64,000 bases of DNA from Candidatus Moraniibacteriota bacterium (lineage in GTDB: Bacteria; Patescibacteriota; Minisyncoccia; Moranbacterales; UBA1568), in the NCBI GenBank assembly GCA_016699975.1, contig CP064994.1:321222-385221 (forward strand). The letters are read 5' to 3'. The translations under genes and the position numbers were made by a program. The notes under the pieces are model-generated. The model had not been told where the DNA came from, ran no database searches, and saw nothing but the letters and a program-made list of their open reading frames with translations. Positions 1-9,900 of this stretch are shown in pieces. Each line of letters opens with the position of its first letter. Position 1 is the stretch's first letter.

Positions 1-350
1 AACCACTTCCGAATGGCGAGACGAGAGTTGTCCTGAAACTGCCGAAGAAAATCGCGCCCGTCCAGGTCGCAGTCTTTCCGCTTCTTAAAAATAAACCTGA
101 GCTCGTTGCGAAAGCCCGTGAGGTATTCTCGCTGCTTGGGAAAAAGCTTGTGTGCGAGTTTGATGATCATGGGAATGTCGGGAAGCGCTATCGTCGTCAG
201 GACGAAATCGGCACACCCTTTTGTGTGACGATCGATTTTGAGACACTCGATGATAGAGCGGTGACGGTGCGCGATCGCGATACCATGGCACAAGAGCGCA
301 TCTTGATCGAGAGTCTTCCTGAGACTTTGGAATCCCGATTCCAGTCATGA
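1..350 (+). CDS. glyQS: glycine--tRNA ligase, C-terminal anticodon-binding domain (5' end lies outside the window)
   Basis: Frame-3 translation ...LVAKAREVFSLLGKKLVCEFDDHGNVGKRYRRQDEIGTPFCVTIDFETLDD..VTVRDRDTMAQERI matches the class II GlyRS anticodon-binding domain. The ORF is open to the window start. Confidence 0.7.
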   Translation, partial: PLPNGETRVVLKLPKKIAPVQVAVFPLLKNKPELVAKAREVFSLLGKKLVCEFDDHGNVGKRYRRQDEIGTPFCVTIDFETLDDRAVTVRDRDTMAQERILIESLPETLESRFQS

Positions 351-1654
351 ATTTTTTAGAAAGAGTTGATATATCTGAAACGTGTATGCGGTACGAAAAG
401 AAAATTTTGCCGAATGGACTGCGTATTCTTCTCGCTCCTATGAAGGAAGCGGAAACAGTGACGGTTCTTATCGGCGCGGCGACGGGATCGCGGTACGAGA
501 CGCGTCGCGAGAATGGACTCTCGCATTTTTTGGAGCACTTGTTTTTTAAGGGAACGAAGAAACGTCCGACGGCGCTCTCAATTAGCGAAGAGCTCGACGG
601 TGTTGGCGGAGAATACAATGCGTTTACCTCCAAGGATCGAACCGAATATTATGCGAAGGTAGACAAGAAGCACGCGGCACTGGCGCTCGATGTTGTGAGT
701 GACATTTTTTGAACTCCACTTTGCCTGCGGAAGAGATTGAACGGGAGCGCGGACCCATTCTTCAGGAGCTCAATATGTACGAGGATACGCCCATGCGTCA
801 TGTGGGCGATCTCTTTGAATCGCTTCTCTACGGAGATCATCCGCTCGGGTGGGAGATTATCGGGGCTCGCGAGAATATCAAGCGCTTTCGGCGATCGGAT
901 TTCGTGCGATATCTCACTCGAGCGTATGTCGCCTCGAATGTCGTCGTCGGTATTGCTGGCAACTTCGATATCGAGTGGGCGAAGAAAACGATCGCTCGCG
1001 ATTTCTCTGGCATGCGAGTCGGAAAAAATCCTGCCCGGAAAAAAATCGTCGAGAAACAAACGTCTCCCGCCGTGTTTGTACAGAATAAAAAAACCGATCA
1101 AACACATTTCCTTCTTGGCGTCCGCACCTTTGACTTCTTTCATAAAGATCGCTACGCGCTTTCGGTGCTCTCGGGAATTTTGGGAGGTGGTATGTCGAGC
1201 CGATTGTTTCTTGCCGTTCGGGAGCGGCGCGGTCTTGCCTACAGTGTCCATACCGGTGTCGATGCATACCACGATGCGGGGTATCTCGCGACCCAGTGCG
1301 GTGTTCAGCACAACAACCTCACAAAAACAATTCGCGTTATTCTCGACGAGTACCATCGTTTGTGTGAGGAACTCGTTTCCGATCGAGAACTTCTCAAGGT
1401 GAAAGAGCATATCAAGGGAAGCTTGGGAATGCCTCGAGTCTTCTGACGAGATTTTGGGGTACCTTGTGGATCAAGAAATTCTGAAAGGAGAAATCGTTCT
1501 TCCAGAAGAGCGGTGCGCGCACATCGATGCCGTATCTGCCGAAGATATTCGGAAGGTCGCTCGAAATATTTTTCGCCCCGAACATTTGAATCTTTCCATT
1601 ATCGGACCACATAAATCGTCCTCGAAACTCGCTTCTGTTCTCTCGTTCTCGTAA
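347..1654 (+). CDS. M16 (insulinase/pitrilysin) family zinc peptidase, split into three ORF pieces (347-712, 709-1446, 1454-1654)
   Basis: The three pieces translate colinearly as one M16 peptidase (N-term ...LLAPMKEAETVTV...SHFLEHLFFKGT..., middle ...EEIERERGPILQELNMYEDTP..., C-term ...SAEDIRKVARNIF...). Frame changes sit at a T run near 705-712 and a CC near 1431. Frame 2 is restored after the second change. Confidence 0.7.
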
Positions 1655-1660
1655 AATGCT

Positions 1661-2695
1661 ATGACGCCGTCCCAATATGTCGATGCGTGGACTCGTATTC
1701 TCTTTCGTGGAGCGATTGCGATCGTAGCACTTTTTTTCTTGTGGATCATCCGCGATATTCTCGTCCTCTTTGTTGTGGCGATTATCATCACGGCATCCAT
1801 CGCGCCGGCGGTTGAGCGGCTCGAATCGTTTCGTATCCCGCGGACGCTCGCCGTTTTGGGAATGTATGCGATCGTCGTTACGTTTTTGGTGACCGTTGTT
1901 TCCCTTATCGTCCCGGTACTTTCGGGACAAGTTCGAGAATTTTCTTCGAATGCAGCGTCATACTTCGAGAAGGCTTCTCTTTTTGTAAGCGGCATCGAAT
2001 CGTATTTTCGAACACATGATGTTTCTGTGGGAACCTCTTCTTTTGCTTCGCCTGCCGAATCTTCTTCTGCCGTATCCGGACTTTTTTCGACGACGGTAGG
2101 AATCGTGCGGGGAGTGTTTTCTACGGTCGTTGTCTTTTTTCTTTCGCTTTATATGTCGCTTGAGCGGCGCGGTATCGACAAGGTGCTTCGCACCGTGACC
2201 CCTGTTCTCTATGAAGAGCGCGTTCTCTATTTTTCTCGTCGCATACAAGACAAAATTGGTCAGTGGATGTTCGGACAACTTCTCCTCATGACCATTGTGT
2301 TCTCGTTTTACTTTATCGGTCTCACTGCGCTCGGCATTCCGTACGCGCTTATTCTCGCGCTTCTCGGAGGACTCCTTGAAATGGTACCGTATGCTGGTCC
2401 GACGGTAGCAGCGATTCCAGCGATCCTCCTCGGATTTGCACAGGCGCCCTGGATTGGACTTGCCGTTATTGTGCTATACATCGGCATTCAGCAAGTGCAG
2501 AATCATGTGATTATTCCGCAGGTGATGCGCAAAGCGGTAGGACTGAATCCCGTTGCCGTGATTCTCGCCGTTTTGATCGGAGCGAAGCTTGCGGGAATCG
2601 CCGGTATTCTGCTCGCTGTTCCTTCGGCGGCCGCACTCTCCGTTTTTACGGAAGAATTTCTGGGGAACAAAAAAGGAATGGAAGGTCTCGAATGA
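1661..2695 (+). CDS. AI-2E family transporter (PerM/YhhT-like, UPF0118) membrane protein
   Basis: 344-aa polytopic membrane protein with AI-2E family signatures (...GQWMFGQLLLMTIVF..., ...LEMVPYAGP...IPQVMRKAVGLNPVAVI...). Confidence 0.75.
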   Translation: MTPSQYVDAWTRILFRGAIAIVALFFLWIIRDILVLFVVAIIITASIAPAVERLESFRIPRTLAVLGMYAIVVTFLVTVVSLIVPVLSGQVREFSSNAASYFEKASLFVSGIESYFRTHDVSVGTSSFASPAESSSAVSGLFSTTVGIVRGVFSTVVVFFLSLYMSLERRGIDKVLRTVTPVLYEERVLYFSRRIQDKIGQWMFGQLLLMTIVFSFYFIGLTALGIPYALILALLGGLLEMVPYAGPTVAAIPAILLGFAQAPWIGLAVIVLYIGIQQVQNHVIIPQVMRKAVGLNPVAVILAVLIGAKLAGIAGILLAVPSAAALSVFTEEFLGNKKGMEGLE

Positions 2696-2742
2696 AAATA
2701 TTTTTGGAGGGGTGAGACGAAAATTTTGGATCGGACATTTTC

Positions 2743-3495
2743 TTGTTGAGAACTAATATGTTTCGGGAAGATCAAGAAACGGAGAGTATCGATGTTGATG
2801 AATGTTCCGCGGAAAAATCGGCGCCGCTTTTTGTGGTGGCGACCCCGATCGGCAACATGGAAGACATAACGCTGCGGGCACTTCGAATACTCGAAGAGAG
2901 TGATCTTATTGTGTGCGAGGATACGCGCGTCGCAAAAAAATTGCTTTTCCGTCACGGCATTTCGAAGCCGCTTCTTGCTGTTCCGCAGCGCGCGAGTGAA
3001 GAAAAATTTACTCGGATCCTGGACGCGCTTCGCGGTGGGAAGCGAGTTTCGCTTATTACCGACGCGGGGACACCGGGAATCTCCGATCCCGGGAACGAAG
3101 TTGTAGAGCGTACGATCCGAGCCGGATATGAGGTATCTCCCGTTCCTGGGCCGAGTGCTCTTGCTGCGATACTTTCGGTTGCAGGTATCGATACGAGCGA
3201 GTTTTGTTTCAAGGGATTTCCTCCGCACAAAAAGGGAAGAGAAACATTTTTCCGAGCGGTTTCCGATTCTCTCGTGCCGGTCGTCTATTATGATTCGCCC
3301 TACCGCGTCATAAAAAACCTCGAACTTCTTTCGACGCTTTCTCCCGAGCGGAATATCGTTCTTGGGCGCGAACTCACAAAGGTGTTCGAAGAGGTTCTTC
3401 GAGGGAATGTGGTTCACGTGCTTGAATATTACGAAAAGCACCCCGAAAAGGTGAAGGGGGAATTTGTGCTCATGGTGTTTCGAGGAAAGTCATAA
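2743..3495 (+). CDS. rsmI: 16S rRNA (cytidine1402-2'-O)-methyltransferase RsmI (tetrapyrrole-methylase fold)
   Basis: ...LFVVATPIGNMEDITLRALRIL...LIVCEDTRVAKKLL...ITDAGTPGISDPG... are diagnostic RsmI motifs. Confidence 0.8.
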   Translation: MLRTNMFREDQETESIDVDECSAEKSAPLFVVATPIGNMEDITLRALRILEESDLIVCEDTRVAKKLLFRHGISKPLLAVPQRASEEKFTRILDALRGGKRVSLITDAGTPGISDPGNEVVERTIRAGYEVSPVPGPSALAAILSVAGIDTSEFCFKGFPPHKKGRETFFRAVSDSLVPVVYYDSPYRVIKNLELLSTLSPERNIVLGRELTKVFEEVLRGNVVHVLEYYEKHPEKVKGEFVLMVFRGKS

Positions 3496-4053
3496 GAGAG
3501 AGTGAGGAGAGGGGAGTTTTTCTTCTTTTGTTCAAGGAATCCTTTTCAACAACTCTCCTGAACCGATGTGTTCTTTTTGACCGACAAACATACTCTGGAG
3601 AGTGAGAAGAGAAATTTCTTCCTCAATTCTCTTCACTCGAAAAGTGATCACAATATTTTCTCGGTTATTTTTTGAAATGAGATCGACTCTTTTCTCGGAA
3701 GGTTTGAATGAGAAAATTTTCTTGAGCAGTTTTCTCTTTTATTGAGAGCGTCATTTTTTTCTGAGAGTGAAAAGAGTTGTCTCGGGTGGAGCGCAGCAAG
3801 AGTTTTTCGGATTTTTTGAGTTTCTTTTCTCATATTCCTATGACGACGATGCTTTTTTCTGTGTCGAAAGTTCTCTTGTGAGCCTCATCTTTTTGAAGTG
3901 AGCGCATGTTTAACAAACGTCGGAGAGAAAACTCGAAGAGCGGAAGCGCCCTTTTGAGGAGTATCATTTCGTGTTTTCTCACTCCCCGGTCTTTTTATAT
4001 GATGTTTGTCACATTTGTAACAGTGAAAGTATTTTTCCTGTAGCCCGTATTTT

Positions 4054-5469
4054 ATGTCAAAATTCTATATTACAACCACTCTTCCTTACGTGAACGGAAA
4101 GCCTCACATTGGTTTTGCGCTCGAGGCGGTTCAGGCAGATGTTATCGCTCGTTTCGAGCGACTCCGCGGAAAAGATGTGATTTTCAATATCGGAACCGAC
4201 GAGCATGGTGCGAAGATTTATGAAAAGGCGAAAGAGGAGGGAATAACACCTCAGGAGTATTGTGACCGCATGTCGAAGCCATTTCGCGCACTTCGTGAGA
4301 CACTCGACATTCACTTTACCAACTTTATTCGAACGACGGATGAGTTTCATGTGCGCGCAGCGCAGGAATTTTGGAAGCGCTGCGCGGACCGGGGAGACAT
4401 TTACAAGAAAAATTATCGAATGAAGTATTGTGTTGGGTGCGAGCTTGAGAAAACGGATTCCGATTTGGTTGATGGGCGATGTCCGGAACACCCGAACCGC
4501 GATTTGGAGACCGTAGAGGAAGAAAATTATTTTTTCAGGTTTTCCCACTATCGAGCAGCACTCCTTCGCCTCTATGAAAACGATCCGAAGTTTGTGGTTC
4601 CCGAAAAGCGCCTGAATGAAATCGTGGCGTTCGTTGATCGCGGTCTCCACGATTTTAGTGTGTCGAGGCTTGCACAAAAAATGCCGTGGGGTATTCCCGT
4701 TCCCGGAGATGAAGCGCATGTCATGTATGTGTGGTTCGATGCGCTCGTCAATTATATTTCCACACTCGGGTGGCCGGAAGATATGGATTCCTTCGAAAAG
4801 TTTTGGCCCGGAATTCAAATTGCCGGCAAGGATAATTTGCGGCAGCAGTCGGCGATGTGGCAGGCAATGCTTCTCTCTGCGGGAATCGAGCCATCACGAA
4901 AGATTCTCATACACGGGCATGTGATGAGTGCGGGACAGAAAATGTCGAAGAGTCTTGGAAATGTCGTATCGCCCGACGAACTGATAGAAACCTTTGGCAT
5001 AGATGGGACGCGATACCTGCTTCTTTCTGCGGCTCCTTTCGGCGAAGACATGGATATAACGAAAGAGCGCATGATCGAAAAATATAATGCGGATCTCGCA
5101 AACGGACTCGGGAACCTTGTGTCGCGTGTTATGAAACTGGCGGAAGGCATGGAGGAGAAATATGTTCCGCATGTTCGAGAATTTCCGAATGAATTTGTCT
5201 CTTCATTTGAGTCGTATCGCCTCACGGAAGCGCTCGACTTTGTCTGGAGTCTCGTTCGTCGCGCGAATAAAAATATTGAAGAAACGAAACCCTGGGAGCT
5301 CAAGAAGACGGACTATGAGTCTTTCGAGCGCGTACTTCAGGAGCTTCTTTTTGATATTGAAACCATTGCTTTCCTCCTCGGCCCGTTTCTTCCGCACACG
5401 TCGGAGAAAATCTTTTCTTTTTTCTCAAGCGAAGGCGGGCGAAGCGTTCTTTTCGAACGAATACGATAA
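4054..5469 (+). CDS. metG: methionine--tRNA ligase
   Basis: Class I aaRS with HIGH-like ...PYVNGKPHIGF... and KMSKS; CxxC...C zinc knuckle ...CVGCELEKTD...GRCPEHP... Confidence 0.9.
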   Translation: MSKFYITTTLPYVNGKPHIGFALEAVQADVIARFERLRGKDVIFNIGTDEHGAKIYEKAKEEGITPQEYCDRMSKPFRALRETLDIHFTNFIRTTDEFHVRAAQEFWKRCADRGDIYKKNYRMKYCVGCELEKTDSDLVDGRCPEHPNRDLETVEEENYFFRFSHYRAALLRLYENDPKFVVPEKRLNEIVAFVDRGLHDFSVSRLAQKMPWGIPVPGDEAHVMYVWFDALVNYISTLGWPEDMDSFEKFWPGIQIAGKDNLRQQSAMWQAMLLSAGIEPSRKILIHGHVMSAGQKMSKSLGNVVSPDELIETFGIDGTRYLLLSAAPFGEDMDITKERMIEKYNADLANGLGNLVSRVMKLAEGMEEKYVPHVREFPNEFVSSFESYRLTEALDFVWSLVRRANKNIEETKPWELKKTDYESFERVLQELLFDIETIAFLLGPFLPHTSEKIFSFFSSEGGRSVLFERIR

Positions 5470-5484
5470 TTTTTCATAGGAAGT

Positions 5485-5802
5485 ATGAAAAAAGAAAAGT
5501 TGGTTCGGGACAATATCCCGGATAGAATGAAAAAAAGAGGGAAAGTCCCCGGTTGTTCGCAGTGCCTCTCCCCAAGAATATGAGAATTTTCTCCGGGAAA
5601 ACTTTTTGAAGAGGTCAATGAATTTCTTGAGTCTGGAGCTCAAGAAGAGCTTGCCGATATCATGGAAGTAGTCTTCGCTCTTGGCGAGATGAAAGGCGTG
5701 GATGAGAGAGCGCTTCGAAATATTCGAGAAGAGAACCGACGAGAACGCGGCGGTTTCTCTAAAAGAATTCTTCTCGAGAAATTCGAGGAAGAGCATTCTT
5801 GA
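5485..5802 (+). CDS. small MazG-like nucleoside triphosphate pyrophosphohydrolase, about 105 aa, interrupted by two frame changes
   Basis: Three frame segments read MKKEKLVRDNIPDRMKKRGKVP / VVRSASPQEYENFLRE / KLFEEVNEFLESGAQEELADIMEVVFALGEMKGVD...RERGGFSKRILLEKFEEEHS. Together they resemble the short archaeal/CPR-type MazG/HisE-like NTP pyrophosphatase. Frame switches fall at a C run (~5547-5550) and an A run (~5598-5601). The 60-aa cutoff hides it from the ORF track. Confidence 0.5.
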
Positions 5803-6914
5803 ATACTTTCGGAATGCGTTTTGTTCCCGATTTTCCTTTTTGATTTGAGATTTCAACTCTTCGGTTCCCGGATATTGCTGAGGGAAGAAGCGGCGGAAAG
5901 TCGGTTTCTTCTGTCCTCACATTTTATCCTGACTCCAAAAATTTCATAACCGTTTCGCACCTGTGTGCGGGATTCGTTCAGTTACTCTGTTTCAGAGTAT
6001 TTCAAAAATCGCTGTCATTCGAGGTGTAAATTTTCATTGGGGTGAGTCAGCGCGAGAAAATTTTTCGCGAGGCACTTCCTGTTCATTCTTCACTGTATAA
6101 AAGAACATGAAAGTATTTGTGTATTCTGGAATAAAAAAGAAAAGTGTATACTGAAATTATCAGAGAAAAGAATATTGTTCTATTGTTGAAAGAAAACGAA
6201 CTCTGGGAGATGCCTCTCTTTATGAGAGCTAGAGCAGTTCGCAACAGCTGTGTTAATGTGTTAAGTTGTGCCACAAGAAAAATTCTCATTTTGTAAAAGT
6301 GGAGCCGAAGATGAGAGAAGTTTTACCGGGAGATACCGTTTGGGGTATGGCGTAATACATTTGCTATTTTATGCCACAAAAAGAAATTATTGCTTATCGA
6401 CATGTTTCTCAGAAGAATGCTCGGTTGGCAAATACTGAAGAAGCTGATGCCGAAGAAGAATTTCTTCGAGGCGTAGAGCTTACTGGTGAAGAGACATCCT
6501 TGCTTGCCTCGGATTTTCTAATGTAGCGCGCAAAAACAAAAAAAATTGTATACCGAAGGCAAGGGTCATCTCGATGTTTTGTGGTCTTCTCTCGTCTTGA
6601 CGAAGAAAGATTTCTTCGACCCGAAGGCGTATTTGGTCCACTGACATTTTCTGAGAGTGATTTGGAAGAACTTGAAAAAAAACAGTTGATTGATGATGCG
6701 AAAGAAGTGGTCCTCTCTCGGGAATCAATGGGATTTTCTCCGGAGGGCGAAATTGACGCTCGGAGCTTACAGGATGCTCTCTTTCGGTTATATGCCACCA
6801 ACCCTCGAAAAAAATCGTGACGCTCGATGAGGAGCTCCCTCCCTATTTCTTTCTCATGGCACTCGACTGGTTTGTTGGGAAAGCTCATGCAATAAAATCT
6901 GGAGGCAGAGAATT

Positions 6915-9900
6915 ATGAGAGAAAAGTTTGATTTAAAAAAAACAATGGAGCTTGCTCCTCCCGCATGGCAGGAGGATCTTCGACGCAAGATACGTCCGGA
7001 AGCATTGCCCGTCGGAGAAAGGCGCGAAGAAATTTCTGACTTGATCAAATTGTCTCTTGAGGAACAGAAAGTGTGTCTCATTCAGGGAGAAACAGGGAGT
7101 GGAAAATCAATTCTTCTTCCTGGGATGGTGTACGAGCAATTGGAGCGGTCTCCTTTACCTAGCCGTGTCCTTGTTGTGCAGCCGCGCCGTGACGCCGCTC
7201 TTAACGTATCGCGCGCCGTGAGCGCCGTTCAGAAGAAGTCCTGGGGAAGAAATGGCGCAGTGGGATGTGCGACTTCTGAAACGAAAGAGGCGAACTCGTC
7301 GTCGGAAATTACAGTAGTGACGACGGGCATAGCGATTCGGTACCTCTCGGAAATGATAAAAGACATCGAACAGGGGAAGCGTCCCAGATTTGGCGGCATC
7401 ATGGTTGATGAGTTCCATGAAAATTCCGTCGAGTATCACATGATTTTGGGGATGCTGAAGATACTCCATGATCGAGGGGAAGCTCCTTTGACGCTTCTTA
7501 CCAGCGCAACCTTAGAGAAAGAGAAAATTCAACACTATTTCTCCATAGAGGATCGTCATTACATGAAAGTGGAAGGGCGGCGTTATGAGGTCGAGAATTC
7601 ACTTTTCGATCCAAGAAATACCGAATATACAGAGAACTACTATATACAGGCTGCGGCCTCAGAAGTAAAAGATATTCTTCGCTCCACAACTGAGGGAGAT
7701 ATTCTAGTGTTTATGCCTGGTCTTCGGGAGATCAACTCCGTGATTCATCTTTTGGGTCATCGCGGCGATGGCGATGTTCTTCCGCTTCATGGTTCTCTTT
7801 CGCTCGAAGATCGCGACGCTGTGCTGTCGGGAGGACGTCGTCGGCGGGTTATTGTCTCGACGAATATTGCTGAGACATCACTCACGCTTCCGGGCATAAC
7901 GGCTGTTGTGGACTCTTGTCGAGAACGATCGGTGAAATACAATCCGGCGACCGGAATTTACGAACGTGTGACACAGCTTATTTCAAAGGATTCCGCCGAG
8001 CAACGTTCTGGTCGTGCGGGAAGAGTTCGTTCTGGTATGTGTCGTCGAGTCGTTTTTCCGGAGGAGTGGGAGAAGATGCCCAAACACAGGACTTCTGAAA
8101 TACATCGCGCTAATTTAGCCAATGTCGTTCTGCAACTTCGTGGACTGGGTATTGATCAGAACACGTTCCCGTTTTTGGATGCCCCCGCACCAGAATCACT
8201 GCGTTTTGCCGAAGAGCAACTGAAACTTCTCGGTGCCATAGATGAACGTGGTGTTGTGACGCCGGAAGGAGAGAGGATGTTGGATATGCCTTTTTTTGAA
8301 CCGCCTCTGGCGCGAAGTATAGTGGAAGCCGAGAAACAAAACTGTGTTGATCAAGCGCTTGTCTTGGCTATTTTGGAACGGGAGTCATCACTTTTTTATA
8401 CTCCCTCCCAGAGAGAAATCCTTGAGAGGCAAAAAAGCAGTCTTGAAGAAAAAGGGTACGAAGTGAGAGGCCCTCTCGATATACGATCCCAGGGCCAACA
8501 ACTCGATCCCGAAGTCGCCTCAAAACTTTTTCAAGAACAGCATTCTGTGGCCCTTGGTAATTTGAGAGAACAGTATAGAGAGAAGCATGCTGTTTTCGGA
8601 CATGGCTCTGACTGGATTCGTAACTTGAGTGTTTTCTCGCATGCCATAGAAAACGGGCTTTTTGATGCGCTTCGCTCCAACCGAACACCAGAAGGAAAGA
8701 GAGCAGAGCGCGAACTTTCGAAGTGGTGTGAAGAATACCGTATCAATAAAAAAGCGCTTTTGCATGCTGCTCAACATGTGAGCGATTATTCGCGTGCTCT
8801 CGGTATCGATTTTGATATGAATACACTGGAAAGGAAAATAGCTGAGTTCAATCATTCAGATATGGAGAAAGTGATTCTTGCTGGGTATCCGCATATGATA
8901 CTTGTAAATGTCACAGACAGTGGGCGCATTTCTCGCTATCGATTCTTGCAGGGAAGTGCGGAAGAAATATTTATTTCTTCCGCCTCGGCCGCATTTGGTA
9001 AATCCTCGACCCTGTGTGTGGCGACACGCGTTAATGAGGGAAAGGGAAGTCCAGGCAAAGGAAAAGTAACGCGCAATTATGCATCCGGAGTCCACCCCAT
9101 CTCTCTTCAGCGACTCTGCGAAGTTTCTCCGCATCTTGTCACACAAAAGGGGACAGAGACGTTCTTTGATTGGGAAAGGGGAACAGTTTTTTCATCAGTA
9201 CAAGTCGCTTCCCTCCACAATTCAAGTCGGTCATTGGGGGAGTATAAGAGAGAGGCAACCGCCGAAGAAGCGCAGGAATTTTTTGCGCAGGAATTCTTGC
9301 GAGGCTATGGTCGTTTGTTTTCCGATATGCCGATCTTTCAAGAAAATAGAGAAATCATACAACGCCTGGAGAAACAACAAATTCGTTTTGGGAAGAACGT
9401 CCTTCTTCCCGACCTTCAGTCATGGTATAAAGACAGGCTGAAAAACGCTCCTCAGCCAGTTTCTCTCGACTCTGTTCGAGCACATAAAGAGGACTTTGCT
9501 CTGAAAGAAGAAGATTACTTTTCTGTGGAAAAAGCTGCAGAGCTCGCTCCGCTCTATCCTGAACATATTGAACTTCCTCAGCTTGGTCAGGTAGCGGTTG
9601 TTTATACGTATGACCATACCTCAGAAACAGCGCATGTCGCACATGTGACTCTCGAATTGCCCAATGAACCTCTTTCTCTCAGTGCACTTAGTCACCACTC
9701 GTTCTCTCGTCTTACAAACGCTAGTTTTCCGCGATTGGGAACCGAGAATGATCCCGTACATTTTTCTCTTGTTGCACGTACTCCCGAAGGTTTGCTTGCC
9801 CGCTCTCAATCGGTGGAAGAATTGCAGCGACTCGTCAGAGAGCGCATCATACACAAAGCATGGAGCGCTTTCGAGCGATCTAACGTTTCTGAGAATGAGG

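Noticed and set aside
3590-3800. Possible CRISPR array suggested by recurring GAGAGTGAGAAGAG-like and TTTTCTCGG...GAATGAGA motifs
   Set aside because: The repeats are imperfect, unequal in length and irregularly spaced. There are no conserved 25-40-bp units with unique spacers and no cas genes nearby.
3770-3830. T-box leader upstream of metG (GGGTGGAGCGC resembles the T-box GGGTGGNACCGCG)
   Set aside because: The match is partial, and no terminator/antiterminator pair or specifier-loop architecture is evident.
5540-5560. GGGAAAGTCCCCGG as an RNase P RNA P4-like motif
   Set aside because: It lies inside the coding sequence of the MazG-like gene (…KRGKVP…), and no other RNase P conserved regions are nearby.
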